A program made the position numbers and the translations under genes. The notes under the pieces were generated by a model. That model had not been told where the DNA came from. It ran no database searches and saw only the letters and a program-made list of their open reading frames with translations. DNA of 64,000 nucleotides from Lophium mytilinum (Eukaryota): positions 248,001 through 312,000 of the forward strand of contig MU004197.1 of assembly GCA_010093605.1 (NCBI GenBank), written 5' to 3'. Below are positions 48,573 to 61,997 of the stretch, piece by piece; position 1 is the stretch's first letter, and each line of letters starts with the position of its first letter.

Positions 48573-50153
48573 CTACCCAGATAGATCGTGTCTAAACTTC
48601 CCAAACGTGCAATTTCCTCGGCACCCCAAGGTCAAAGGCTCCGTAGACGCACAGCCAGCCTCCCTGTGCACGTTGGCGAGGCGCTCCGAAGTCAATTCGA
48701 CCCCAACTCTCGCAAAACCCATGATAAGATCGAGTTGGTCCACGCTCTTTAAAATCGTCTCCTCTGTAGGAGTGCAGTCATGGTCGTCTCCATACTTTGC
48801 CTCTGTCACATTGATTCGCCGCAGACACGGCAGCTCGCCTTGCTTTATGAATGAGATCAAGTGAACCAGAGGCTCCAGATCACAGTCGTCGTCAGGGCAG
48901 AGATCTGATGGGTCCGTTGGCTCGTCGTACACCCACTCAGCGAGCGTCAAGGACTTTAGGGATGGCGGAAGGCGGCATACGATCTCTCGCGCAGCGATTT
49001 CGGGCTTTGTTGAGCGTCTATCGCAAGGCATGAGGGCTCTACTGGGGACACACAGGCTATGGAGCTTGTCGAATTCTGGGAAGCAATCGATCAGGTGGAC
49101 GGATTTGGAGCGCCACCATGGGTACGTATAGTGAACAATCCTGACGTTCTCCAGGGTCTTACGGTGCGCGTATAGTCCCGAAGCCAACCTCGCCAAGTTT
49201 TGGTCGACAAGAGGGTCCTTAAAAGAACATTCAAAGAATTTCAGAGCCTTTAAAGAATGCAAGAAAGAGGCCAGTTGACTGACTTCAACTGAGTTCTTGA
49301 TTGATAGATTGGTGACGGCAGAAATCCCGCGTCCGTTCTGGAATACAGTTGAAGGCCGCCACCTGGCGGAATGCGGGTTAGCACCGTCATCAATCCAATC
49401 ACCCCAGAAGTCTCTGTCGCCCTGCAGATTAATGCGAAGTGTGTGGATAGAAGGGAGATACATGATCGACGTGGCCGAATCCAAGGCCGGGACGTACTTG
49501 CCGCAGGCTTTGCCCGTTCTGGCTTCGATCTCCAAAACCTTTACCGTCCCTAGAATTGGCCTGGATGGCAGCTGAGCTAGACTTCCTAGCAAGGTAGACA
49601 GGCTGTCCTCTGCGTACAAGCGGAGCTTTTGTAGATTTGGGATGGTCCATAGAAGGGCAGCGATAAGGGCATCATTCCAGTTGTCGTGGACGTCCCGCCA
49701 GCTGCTGCTGTTATGTCTGGCAGCACCCACCCAGTCTATCTTGGCTTTCAAGGGAATATCTAGGGCCCATATAATACTTGGCAGTGTTGTGTGCACGAAT
49801 TTGCATGCCGGCTTGTTATGTACTTCGTTGAACGTGCTCAAGTGCAAAGTTTGGACTTTGCGAGCGAGCCCAGGAGTATGTTCCAAAGTATTGCACAGTT
49901 TGATAATACGACCTTGGGTACTATCTCCGTCGCCGTATAGGTCGATATCCTTGAATAAGACCTCCTACACACAGTTGGCGAACTTCCTCGAAACTAAGGC
50001 CATGCGCGCCAGCCCATCACGCTTGTCGTCTTGCAGGTAAACCTCCGAGAGAATCTGCACAACGACCTCGTCCGGGAAGTCTACGAGAGAATTGGTAGCT
50101 CTAGGCGTTGGCGATAGGACCAGGGCACGTAGAAGGGATGCCAGTTGATTCAT
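48573..50153 (-). pseudogene. F-box/LRR-like gene interrupted by one in-frame TAG
   Basis: ATG 50153 MNQLASLL..SLVDFPDEVVVQILSEVY..LARMALVSRKFANCV*EVLFKDIDLY..LEHTPGLARKVQTLHL. The TAG at 49967-49965 is in frame with the 437-aa downstream ORF. Confidence 0.75.
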
Positions 50154-51137
50154 ACTGTGGGGTGTCGCCGTGGCGCAAGCTACGGCGAAGGAGGATTCCG
50201 GGGAGGGTGAAAGCTCTCCCGACAGCAAGACGATCTGTGGCGCGCCCTGTTGACGGAGGTCCTGTAAGGTCGAGCTGGACTGTGGAGGCACTCTTGACGG
50301 GGACAAGTTGTGGTAGTTTGTTCTGTGGATGCTGGTGGTGATGAGGGACTCGACCCTGTAGTTGCGTGATGTCAGGGTGTGTGGTGCGTGGATGTAGGAG
50401 GCTGAGAAGTTTTAGGGGAGCACTCTAATGTGTACACAAGCCTATCAGCCTGAAATGTGCGTTCACCATCGTAACTCTCCTTGCTTATGCAACTTTCGTC
50501 CCCTGTGTCATCTTCCTTAGCTCCATATCTAACTATCTGATGTGCTAATACCAGCGCTAGAGTGGATAACAAACGGTTCAATCTTCAGTCCGATTGACAG
50601 CCTTTGTTAAAACTCTGAACACTCTTAACAATCCAATCAATTCATTCCGAAATTCTATAATGCTCATTCCGTCCGATCCGCTCCAGTCAATCCACACTTC
50701 TATCCAGCCAATCCAATTCAGCTTTTATTCCTACCTAATACCTCAAATATTTCATCAATTACCATCATGATGTAGTTCAGACTCCCATTGCGTTGCGAGA
50801 CACGCCTAACAATGCAGGGAATCCTCAATCACCCACCATATCCCATTCACCCATTGTTCAAGGACAGCTTCACCCGCGCTCAAACCACGAAAGGGCTTCT
50901 GGAAAGTGTAAGTGCCCTCGCATTACTTAGTCCGGTGAATCATCTCTTCCCATAACCGATTTCCTGTCTACTTAACACTGGCTCAGTCAAAGCCCATCCC
51001 ATATTCTAACTACTGCGTTAGCAAACCCACCACTTGTATCACCAGTCATTGGCATTCTTTAAGAACCAAAGTCCTCTCCAACAACCTTACTCCCTCAGAT
51101 CTATAACAGTAAAATCTATCCTTGCTTACACGCACCA

Positions 51138-52457
51138 ATGGAGCGCCGTCTCTCGAACACCCTCGATGTCCTGGACTCACTCCAGCCGTTCCATACCACC
51201 CCTCTGAACTCTAGCGAGATCGATGCGAAAGTCCGAGCTCGAAAGAACTCTGGGGGTGCGGTTGAGAGCAAGGGATGGGCGCATCTTGAGAAAGATAAAT
51301 CCTCCGAGCGCGAAAACTTTCCTAAGGGCTTCCCAGCTGAGGAGGGAGCGTTTCGTGCTATCGAACCGATCACCGCATGGGAACACGTTCTTGTATTCGA
51401 GAATGGCGGATCTAGGACTTCAACTTCAACTAGCCCCGAGGACGAAGGAGGGAAATCGTATGATCCATTTGAGGGCGGGGATATGGACGAGCTTGATGGA
51501 GACACTCTGAACGAACTCGACGAAGCTCAGGACAAGTCTCAGGTAAAACCCACCAATCAACCAGAGGGAGACGTCCAGAACTCACCCCTCTCTCTACCCC
51601 ATACCCCACCACCCCAAGAACCACCAAGAGGCCTCGAAGCCGACCATCCCACCCAGCCCCAGCCCACCCCACGTCTCCGCTTCTTCAACCCCCTGACCTT
51701 CCTAAGTACCACGAACCGCGCCATCACCCGCGCTTCTCTCCACGTACGCGCCCACCTCATCGGCCTAAACCGCGCCAATACCCTCCTCCGCAACAACTTC
51801 GCCCACTTCGGCAACCTCCTCCACCTTCACGCGGAGCTCTTCGCCGCCGCACGGCGCGAATGGCTCCTAACCCGCATCACCGGCAACCAAGCCGACATGC
51901 TCGCCATCAACGCGGAGACCATCCACAACCTCAACGGCCAAATCGACGGCCTAACCTCCCTACTCGATCCTTTGATGGAATCCCACCGACTACGCGAGCA
52001 GCTCCTCGCGCGGCTGCGGGAAGTAGAAACGCGGAATCAGCAAATGGAGGCGCAGAAGGCTGGGGAGAGGCAATCAATGCTGATGGCGCAGCAGACGATC
52101 TTGGAACTGATCCAAGAGAATCGGCGGCTGGCGGAGGTGAATGAGGAGGCGGTTCAGGGGTTTAATCGCGTGGTGGGAGAGAATGCGGGGTTGCGGGATG
52201 CGCGGGATGAGGCGGAGGATAGGGTGCAGGAGTTGGAGGGCGAGACTGAGGGGTTGCGGGCGGAGAACTTGGAGGCGTGGAATGGGTTGGCGGAGATGGA
52301 TGGGGCGTATGCGGCCTTGAGGGAGACGTATGCAGAGGCGGCAGGGGGTTTGAAGAAGATGGTGGAGGAGATGCGAGAGGGGCCGTTGGATTGGACGGTG
52401 CGGGAGGGGTTTGGGGGTGAGGGAGAGGGGAGTGGGAAGAAGAGCGGGGATGACTAG
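51138..52457 (+). CDS. Hypothetical protein with C-terminal coiled coil
   Basis: 439-aa ATG ORF with an acidic/Pro-rich N-half and a heptad-like E/L/R/Q-rich C-half. Confidence 0.75.
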   Translation: MERRLSNTLDVLDSLQPFHTTPLNSSEIDAKVRARKNSGGAVESKGWAHLEKDKSSERENFPKGFPAEEGAFRAIEPITAWEHVLVFENGGSRTSTSTSPEDEGGKSYDPFEGGDMDELDGDTLNELDEAQDKSQVKPTNQPEGDVQNSPLSLPHTPPPQEPPRGLEADHPTQPQPTPRLRFFNPLTFLSTTNRAITRASLHVRAHLIGLNRANTLLRNNFAHFGNLLHLHAELFAAARREWLLTRITGNQADMLAINAETIHNLNGQIDGLTSLLDPLMESHRLREQLLARLREVETRNQQMEAQKAGERQSMLMAQQTILELIQENRRLAEVNEEAVQGFNRVVGENAGLRDARDEAEDRVQELEGETEGLRAENLEAWNGLAEMDGAYAALRETYAEAAGGLKKMVEEMREGPLDWTVREGFGGEGEGSGKKSGDD

Positions 52458-53044
52458 CACTGATGGGGCTAACAGCTTGAAGGGATAGAGGGAATAAACG
52501 GCACGAGAGGATACAAAGTTAGAAGCGTTGAAGTAGAATGTGAGGTAGCCGTTGGTTTTTTCAACTATCTCCACTTGGATCTACTTATTGCAGTCAGTAC
52601 CTTTAAGTAGAAGAACTTGGGGCCAACACAATCAACATTAAGTCGTTGTCAGGTTTACTTCTGATAAGTTCAACCAATATTCAAGTCATGCTCCCCCAGC
52701 CGCTCCATCTAAATGACAGGACGGCAGAAGCCCCCTCTGCCCTGGGTACGGGCTCCGTCAATTTGAAGAGTACTCGTACTTTTTTAGCATTAGGGATCGA
52801 GACTGGTGGTATTTGCGAATCTAGTGAGACTGTCTGGACATGACCCTGAACAATAAGTAATATACATGTGCGTATTATTGCGTGAAAGCCAAGGCTTTGT
52901 ACTATGATACACAGAGCAGAACTTTACCACCTTCCTCGACCCAGGCTAGAAGACAACAGTATGATACAAGACTTTATCTCAGAACCGAGGCGTATTACAT
53001 CTAAATCAACCGACTACTACAGAGTTCAGTCCCTGCCATAATCC

Positions 53045-53914
53045 TCACGCCGCCGAATAATAATTCCCCTCGTCAACTTCTCCTGCATGGCCACGCTCAT
53101 GCTCATGCTCTTCGATATCTATTGCCTCACCTTCGTCTTCGGCATGTTGTTCCTCATTTACGGCGTTAGGAGACTGGGAAGCATTTGCCTGCACAACAGG
53201 CTGCTGTGGCGGCGGGGGCATAGGCGCCAGCGTCGGTATCGGAAAGGGAATCAACGAGGTCTCCTTGATCCGACACACACTACTCGCCGTCTCGTATTGC
53301 GTGATGGTAGTTTTGATCGTTGCCGTGGTGCGAGGGACGATGGACCGAACTGAAGTAGCGTTCACGGAGACGGTCACTACCGAGGTTCCTGGGTGAGTGA
53401 CCGTGTGAACCTCATCGCACAATCCTAAGAAAGCGTCAGTACTTCAGGCAACGTCCTTCTTTGCGAAAGAGCTTACCGTCAGTAATTGTCGTTTGGATAC
53501 TGGTCACGACCACGATTTCGGTGACGTTGTGGGTTGAGACGGGGAGGACCTGGGACGGTCGGTTAGCATGAAGATGCATCCGGGGAAGAATAGAGGAAGA
53601 GATCGCGTACTGTCGTGCTCGTCTGCCATTGGACTTCTGTCACCGTAGAGTTGTGCTGGTACACCGTCTGCACCCTTTCAAACTTGCTTTTGCACACGCT
53701 CACGGAATCGTCGCAGAGTTGGATCTCACTTGGCCGGACAGTGACGCTGGGAGCATTTGGAATGATCGAGTCTATGCAGTGCATAGCTAGTCAGAATCTG
53801 AATGGGTGCATGGTGCTGTCTGAGAGTTTACACACCTGATTGAGAGTTGATTGTACAAAACCCGGGCACGGCAGCGGCCAAGAAGATAATTGTAGGCCAT
53901 GAAAGTGACAACAT
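53045..53914 (-). CDS. Putative secreted Thr/Val-rich protein, 4 exons
   Basis: ATG 53914 MLSLSWPTIIFLAAAVPGFC (signal-peptide-like). Three GT..CTRAC..YAG introns join AMHCIDSIIPNAPSVTV..QTSTT, VLPVSTHNVTEIVVVTSIQTTITD and GLCDEVHTVTHPG..NYYSAA* in frame. Confidence 0.75.
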
Positions 53915-56066
53915 TGTGCTTGAAATCGAAGTTGAGTAGAGTAAAGAAGTCTCTCGGTTTGCGAGACAACCTTCCCATAATATGGCAGCATCACTCAGCC
54001 AGAAGCTTCAATCGATAGTCAGGTTGGGGCGCCAGGTCCGCGAGCAATTTTGGATCTTCATAATGTGGCGTCGTTCATTTCCCCGATCATTTCGGTTTTT
54101 GGTCCAATGGCTCGTGCAGCTCTTTGTGCTATGGAATGCGCGGTTGAGAATGTGATCCGAGGAGCATCATTCAGCTTCTTACAGGAGATCGAGGCTCAGC
54201 CAAGCGAGTTCTGAGTCGGCATCCTGCCGTCAAGCTCGATTCGCAGCGCTTCCACTGAAAAGGACGCACGCTAAGGAACATCGGTGTGGGGCTGCGGAGC
54301 TTGTGGAAAGAACATCTACCGGGGCGATGAATGTCTCGAGCTGAAGGCAGTGCTTTGTGGCACTATCGTGGAGTGGCTACCTCACTGGTAGACCTTCGGC
54401 AAGTCTGATGGACTGTAATACCTCGAGCTCTAGTCATTAGAAGGCTGGGCTCTCTGGTGATATTAAGAGCCGCAGAAAGTACCTAGCCTAGGCACCGAAC
54501 GCTCCTCACAACCGCGGTCCTTGATGAAGCACCAGGAGCGCCATCGATGAGACAAGCTGTTCCAGAATTTCCCGCTGATCGTGTGCAAGAAGCGGAGTCT
54601 AGAGCTTTGTACCCATATGACGGCTTGCATTTCTCGCTTAACTGTGATAGTGAGAATGCTAGCTGCGTCTTCTCATTCTTTGATGATACTACAGTCTCCA
54701 CTCTAAGTGGGCCACGTAGGTCTGTGCATGCACTCCCTTGGAGACCCTCCTGCCTTGCAAGCTTCGTGTATATGCCTTTACTCAAGTCTTGACAAGAGGA
54801 ATAGCGTTTTAACTTTTAATAGTTGGCCGATAAAGGGTAGCCATTCAGAACTTCGAATCGAATAGAAAGCAACGTTGAGACCTGTCCTAGAGCACAGGCC
54901 TGCGCAGCCCGTACAGGAGAGACTGAAATCTCGATCGTCTACAACTGGAGATCACCCCAGACTGGAATGATCGTCTAAAATAGACGAGGACCGATTCCTA
55001 TTCAAGATGGCTGGCAACTTCGGATGAAGATGTGGTGACCTGTGGTGACCTGAAGTGACGCGAATAAGGTTTAGTGGTTCGCGGAGCTGTCAGGCACATC
55101 CGTAGCGTTGTGGCGTCGGAACCTGCATTCCTTTGAACACGCTAATTAGCATTCAACCAAGCGGTTTAAGATTCTCGGCTAACGCATTGAGCGGTCGAGG
55201 CCCGTCCCGCCCGCACGCACTAGGTCGTAGAGAACTGTTACTGGCTCTGGTACCACATTGAAGGGTGCTCGGCTAGGTCATGGCTGGCTGGTTCTGCGTG
55301 CACTCACAGTAGCCAGCCACAGTAGCCAGCCGCAATAGACGCCACACCATAAGTCTGTGGGTTACATCACACGAAGTGCGTACGTACAACGATGCGTATG
55401 TACAGCCTCTTGGCACGTCCGCCGGTCTAGCGCTAAACTGAGTCGATGCTGGTATTCCTCTTTTCCGAACTAGAACTTAAGCGACTCGAGAATTGGTTGG
55501 TTAGAAGGGTTCTATTTCCCCCTAAAGGCGCTCGGAGTCGCTCCCTCATACGGTAAGTCTGTGGCTTGGTATTACAGAGTGTTCGCCGGACGTGTCAAAA
55601 GACTGTAGTGGTGATTGATTTACCCTGACGCAGCTTCGAGTCGAATCTGCGAACTAGAACGAACTCACATTACATGGTATGGCGGCTAGCCAGTACTTTG
55701 CGAGATCAACAACATCCTCAGCCCGCAACCTCACACGCCACGAATGCAGGTCGCCTTCGCTGTCGCCGAGAAGAAGAAACATCGCAAAGCGGTCGTTCAA
55801 CTGACCAATATCTAGCCTTCTTGGAGTCGAGACCATGCGGGTTCCCCGTAGCATGTTCTCGCACTTGACTTGCCATGGCAGACGACTGCATCACCATCAG
55901 CATAACATACCCCCAAGGCACGCATATAAGTATCGCCATCCCCCTCACCGAACCAGTGTCCTCAGACAGCAGCACACCTCACACTTCCTCCCACAACATC
56001 CATCCCCCAATAGCCCACTCCGTTCAATCAACTCTTCCGAACTACTTTCTCCACCGCACACGCAAG

Positions 56067-56695
56067 ATGGCCTCCCAGAAAGTCACCCCCGCCGACATGG
56101 TGTCCGTCGAGTCCAACTCCACCAGCTACCTCTACTTCGTCAACCAGAAGGGCTTCATCTCGTCGCTCAAGAGCAGCTCCACCGACGGCGTGGAAGCCGA
56201 GTCCGCCGGCTTCTACAAGAAGGAGAGCGTCAACGTGACCAAGAAGGACTCCGACGATAACGAAATCACCGTTCCCGTCAAGACTCACGCGGACTTGAAG
56301 CAGATTGCTGCTGTTGCTTACAAGGATCCGCAAAACAGATACCAGGTACGTCCATCCCTCGTGGAATATCATATCTCCACCACCAACGTCGGAACTGACA
56401 CGAGCACTTCCAGGTCCGTCTGTACTACGCAGAGGAGGGAACTCTGCGAATCAGGGAGCTCTGCAGGACCGATGGCGGCAAGTGGTATGAGGGTGCGCTT
56501 GGCCGCACTACTTCTTACAAATTGCCGGCTGGTTCGTCCATCTCGGCCAATGTGCAGGGCGCCCAGTTGAAGGTATTTGCCTGCTCTGATGATGATGTCA
56601 ATGAGGAAGGCAATCAGGAGTTGAGCTGCTTCTATGCTCAGCTTGGTTCCCGCGATTGGGCACGTCGTCGTGTTACCAACGACATCAAGTACTAG
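56067..56695 (+). CDS. Small fucose-specific-lectin-like beta-propeller protein (~186 aa)
   Basis: ATG 56067, intron 56346-56413 (GTACGT..CTGAC..CAG), TAG 56693-56695. IAAVAY..QVRLYYAEEGTLRIRELCRTDGGKWYEGALG..GSSISA resembles AAL/FleA-type blades. The gene model is solid; the family call is tentative. Confidence 0.7.
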
Positions 56696-57422
56696 AGCGG
56701 AGTTTCGCGGCCAGCCTAGCGAGGGTAATTCCGGCTGGCGCTAGTACATGATCGGGGATGTCGTAACAAGATGATGAGAGCCTCTTGGCTGGAAGTACGC
56801 TCGTTTTTGTTTTTGCTTTACGAACTCACTCCTTTCGGAAGGTAATTGGCGGGTGAGTAGCGCATAGCCATCAATCAAGTCTTCAAACCAAGTACACCTT
56901 CTGCTGCTGTTGTGTGATGCGTGAGTTGAAAAGAAATGTTCCGCGCAATGAAAACAAAACGCAGTGGCATCGACTCTTACGGTCGGGCTTCTTCTGCAGT
57001 ATGTGAGAATCCCTGGCAACACAAGGTTCTCATGAGAAAATAGACAGCAATGAAGCGGGCATGGGTTGTATAGATCCTGAAGTATGATTCGTGATGAAGC
57101 ATGCACAAAAGGCGGTTAGGTGGAAGGTGGAAACGTGTAAGTAGAACTGGAGGTAGCGGTCGGTTTCTTCATTGTGATACCGCTCGCCTTGATCTGCTTG
57201 GTGCGGTTAGTGAGGTCCGAGTGGAAGATCTTTGGGCACATAGGAATCCTACCTCTCCCATCCTGTCTTTCCTAGGCGTAGCATCTTTCGTTTCTCATCT
57301 TGCTCGGATTTGCAAGCGTCACTTTCATCATCGTGTGTACCCTTTGATCATCTACAAGAATGGAAATGGATTGAACATATGAGCTTTCGTACTCTCCACG
57401 AGATAGATCACGACCTTGGGAA

Positions 57423-59612
57423 TTATACTAAAGTAATCGTCTCTTCGACAATCTCATCGAATAGATCACCTGCTGATCCCTCATGAAATTTGGCAGCCCC
57501 GATGCGTTCGTACTGCCCACTGTCGTCGGCGAGTTGGCGCACCACTAACGAGAAGTAGCTTCCGGCGAAACGAGGGTGCTTGAATAAGCCCAAGCAGTAC
57601 ACTATTTCTCCATCCCGAACTGGAGCTCTCCCCTCTGGTGACCAGAAGTAGTCAGGAACTACCGTATACTGTTTCCCTTTCACGTGTAAGAAGTACCGAG
57701 AAGGGTCTATATAGACCACAATTGCAGGCTGAAGGGTGCCCTTTATGACCAAGCTTCCGGAAGCAACTTCGCCGTACCAATCTCCATCGCGAACAGGGGC
57801 GCATCTCGATTGGAGCACACGAAAAGTCGGAAAGGTAAAGTCTCGCAAGCCATTTGAGTTAACGAATATGACACCCGAGCTCGTAGAGGCCCAAGACCAT
57901 GTAGGAGCCCGATAAGCCGTCGGCCTTGGATATGCTACCTCCTTATGGCTTATCCGCTCCGGACGGCTTATCCAAAGAAGGTCTTCATATATGGAATCCT
58001 CCCAAAGTCCTGCAAGATAAGTCCCTGTTTTCAATGCTCCGATTTGCTTGGCCAACCCCGCTATTGCTGGGAGTTTGTCACTTCTTTTTGAAAGCCGAAG
58101 GCTTGAATACTCCTCGACTAGACGGTGCCAAGTAGAGACAATGTTTGGTATGACCCTCTCGACGGAGTTGGCGAACGGAGTGGATTGCGAATTTACTTGT
58201 GGTCGACAATTCAAAGTTTTTGACGTTAACTTGGGCTGAATAAGGCCCGTGCCATTGCCGTGGGGCAGCTTCAGTAGGGTCGCGGACTCTTCGCTGCTAT
58301 GCTGGCTTTTATTCTGACTATCGTCGACTGTCAAATTTAGATGAGCTCGTCGATTCGTCCATGTTCCTATAGTTGTAGAGTACATCTGCTTTGGGTGAAT
58401 ATCTGGATCAAAAGACCGACATTCACATAGCGTTATCTCCTGGCATTCCCAGACCAACTCCTGCTTACAGAAATGAAGGACCCTGGGCGATAGTAGCCTT
58501 TCTTGATATGCCCAAGCGCGAGTCATCAAAGGATTTGCTGTCTGGAAACCATCGGCTGCCTTGTAACTCGAATCGAAATGCACGATGCGCCGGCGGACGT
58601 AGTATTGCATTGTCGAATATTCCGTCCCTATGAGGGGCACTGAGAGGGGCACTTGCAGTCGCGGCTCTAATGGATGGTTGTGATCGAAGATCGAGCCTTC
58701 AGAAAAGAAACCTCCGTTACCGTCTGGAGATTTAGTGGCTGCGAGTGTGATGTATGAGTTCTGATATATGGCGGCCATTTGGGCGGATTCCCTTCTCCAA
58801 TCTTCCTTATCATCTTGAAGTATACACAGGGAATCGATCCATAAGTAACGCAAGCCTATAAGTCGAGTATATGTGACAGCGTCTTGGAACGTTTTCGAAA
58901 GGCCTTTCCAGGGAATTTTTTGGCAATGAGCAGCGAGATTTTTGCGAGTCGTTGTGATTACCTCCACGACTCCCCAGCAATGGCTGAGACATGCATATTG
59001 AGCAGAGATACTGAATGGCTCAACTAACTTCACTTGGTTCCCAGGCGAACCATCCAAGGGGCCCACGTCAAGGATGCGAGTAGGAAGTTTGCTAGCAGTC
59101 GGACGGTTGCACTTGCCATGATCCTTCCGGCACGTGTTCAGACGGTCAGAAACCCAGCTGAAGGATTCTGCCGACGCTGTATGCCTCGGAATGATGCCTG
59201 TAATAATATTAGCTCTCGGTGACAAGGGCGCATATGTCGTTTTTAATCAGGCCGAGAGATGGGTGGCACGGTTGCTGGGTGTCAAAACAAAGGAGTTACG
59301 AAGGAGACATGTGTAAAGTTAATAACAGAACTATATACCTGCAGTAAAGTCGAGGGAGATTCTCCTCCTACCGTACAACTCGACTCGAAAGCTGTGGTCT
59401 GTAGGGTTGACTCCAGCAATCATGATATCCTCAAAATCGCAGAATTTGGACTCAATTATAGCGATACCATTGTGAATCGAAGTGCTTCTTGGACATCCAA
59501 CTTTGACGGAGTCCTCAAGCGCTGCAAAGCTGCAGCTGAACTGGTACTCGGCCCTGGGGCATAGATATTCCGACTCAAAGTAGTCACATAAGCTGCAGCG
59601 TGGGGATGACAT
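57423..59612 (-). CDS. Heterokaryon incompatibility (HET domain) protein
   Basis: LPTRILDV, YACLSHCWG, TFQDAV..GLRYLWIDSLCILQDD..W..ESAQMAAIYQNSYITLAA, RAWAYQERLLSPRVLHF, YLAGLW and APTWSWAS. A Cys-containing first exon (59612-59339) joins in frame via probable intron 59338-59198. Confidence 0.92.
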
Positions 59613-60936
59613 GACGAGGGTAGATGAGTTGAAGGGGGAGAGGATGGTTAGTTGACGTCTTCTAGAAGTGGACGGAGGAGAAAGCTGGTGGCTGAGGCGT
59701 GATCCGCGCCGCCTAAGGCTCCAAGGCTGAGAGCTATCACCCCGCCTTCTAGCCTATATCATTCATGATTGGATGAAGATGCCAGGCTGTCGACTCCGAG
59801 CAGGAGGCTTGGGAAGAAACGGACGAGGCCAAGAAGAAAGCATGAGGGAAGTCAGCCTCGAGACTTGGCCCAAGTGGGACCAAAGCATAAATAGGAACTT
59901 GGTATCGTTTCTGAGAAATAGTATTCATCACCATATTCTATAGATAGCGTATTTTCTCCATGCAGGATCAGGTATAATGAGGCTAGAAATGGGGTCAGCA
60001 CAAGTTAATTTCGATGAGTTGTGTATGTAAGGCTGAAAGGGCCCTCGTGGCTTCTCCGCGTGGTGTCAGCAAAGTTTCGCGTGCCGTCCCGACTTCCCCG
60101 GAGTCTCCCGCAGATTTGAGTACGGATGACATGGTGGGCGATGAACTGGGCCGCCTCAGCGACAAATCAAGCGCCTTGCAGGCCACTTGCAGGGCCGAAC
60201 CACAGCGTCGGGCCGCGATGGGTATATTTCTTTTTCCCGCGCGTCTGGAAGGCCGCCCAGAGATGCCCAAGAAAGCTGGCGGTGGAAGTTCGGGCAGGTT
60301 GGGAGAAGATGCAGCAGCGGAGTGAACGGCGAGGTCAATGAAAGGGGTGAAGCACTAGACTGGTGGAGCTGGAGGGGCAAACGACAAATGGCCATTCGAT
60401 TACTTGATGCGAATTCCTCCGTCCAACCACCCGCCAGCTGCTGTGTCTGACGGTGACGTTGCCCTGGGCCTGAATCATTGCTGGTGTTGCTTGATAGCCC
60501 TCTTGTTCGCTGGCACATCCCAAGCTTGCTTTGTGTGAGATCGACGTTTCTTCTAGCGCTCCCAGACTGTAGCTTCGAGAACTACCTCAACACCACCGCC
60601 GACCACCATCACGACCGCCTTCGAATTACCTCGGAGCGTTCAACCCATTGATCGTACCTGACTCGACTTATTTTGCCCGTCCCAGCATTCCATCGTGATC
60701 GCCGTGCAAAGGACACCACACGCGCCAGGCAGCAGCTGCAAAGCACCGACGACGACAGTAGCGGTCAACCTTACTCTAGACGACATCCTCATTCGAACCA
60801 CAGCCCACCCGCTTCCATTCGCCTTCTATCCAGCTACACGGGCTTTGACATTCTCGAGTCAGCCTTCTCGCCCCGTTTCCGCCTTCTCTTCCCGTTTCCG
60901 CCTTCTCTCAGCCTTTCGCTCCCCCACACGCCCACC

Positions 60937-61997
60937 ATGCCTCCCCCAGCGAAACAGCGCAAGATCGCCGTCGTGGGCAGCAGGTCCGTCGGTATGTGTG
61001 CAACTGCAGTCTAATTGAACCTCTCTCATCCATCGACAACGCGTCCCTTAGTGCGCTGTGGCAACTACCAATTCCCAGGTCTAGTATCATCCGATCATCA
61101 AGCTAACACCGAGATCACTCCACAGGCAAATCCTCCCTCACCGTCCAGTTCGTGGACAACCACTTCGTCGAATCTTATTACCCCACCATCGAGAATACCT
61201 TTAGCAAGGTCATCCGCTACAAGGGCCAGGATTATGCGACCGAGATTATCGATACCGCCGGCCAGGTATGTGGACACGCACGACTGCGGGACATGTGCTG
61301 CGGCAGGGTTGCGGAGCTGGGCTGAGACATGACTAGAACGACCCTGATCGGTTGTTTGCAATCCAATTGCAGGAGGCAGAAGAGGAGAAGGTATAGGCTC
61401 TATGCATCTACAGGATCCCCATGTCCCGTCTTTGCCTCTGGCGCTATACCGCTTTCTTCGTCGGCCTCTACCACGTCTCAGCCTTCCCCTGCGCAACTCC
61501 CGCCCATGTTGCAATTTGGAAGTCGCCGCTCACGCGTGTGATTACAGGACCAGTACAGCAACTTGAACTCGAAGCACTTCATTGGAGTCCATGGATACAT
61601 GATTGTCTACTCTGTGCAGAGCAGAACGTCTTTCGATACAGCAGAGATCATCCGTGAGAAGATCCTGAATCATCTCGTATGTTACTTCTCCTCAACAACC
61701 CCAACGCGCTCGACCCTTCAGTCGGCGTCAGTACAAAGTCAGAGCTAAGATTCCCAGGGCGCCGAAACCATTCCCCTCGTCCTCGTTGGCAACAAATCTG
61801 ATCTCCGCCCCGAACAACGCCAAGTCACGTCCGAAGATGGCAAAGCAAAGGCCGAAGAGTTGAAATGCGCATGGACCGAGGCGTCCGCATGTTACAACGA
61901 AAACGTTAGCAAAGCGTTCGAGCTCATGATCGCCGAGATCGAGAAGGGGACCACCCCGAACGAGCCTGCGAGCGGCAAGAATTGTGCTGTCATGTGA
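60937..61997 (+). CDS. rhb1: Rheb small GTPase
   Basis: [43 protein letters not shown], GNKSD and CAAX CAVM*. Introns 60992-61125, 61266-61547 and 61677-61757. Confidence 0.97.

Noticed and set aside
55030..55340. Short direct repeats (tgtggtgacc x2, cacagtagccagc x2)
   Set aside because: Two-copy 10-13-bp slippage duplications, which are common and uninformative.
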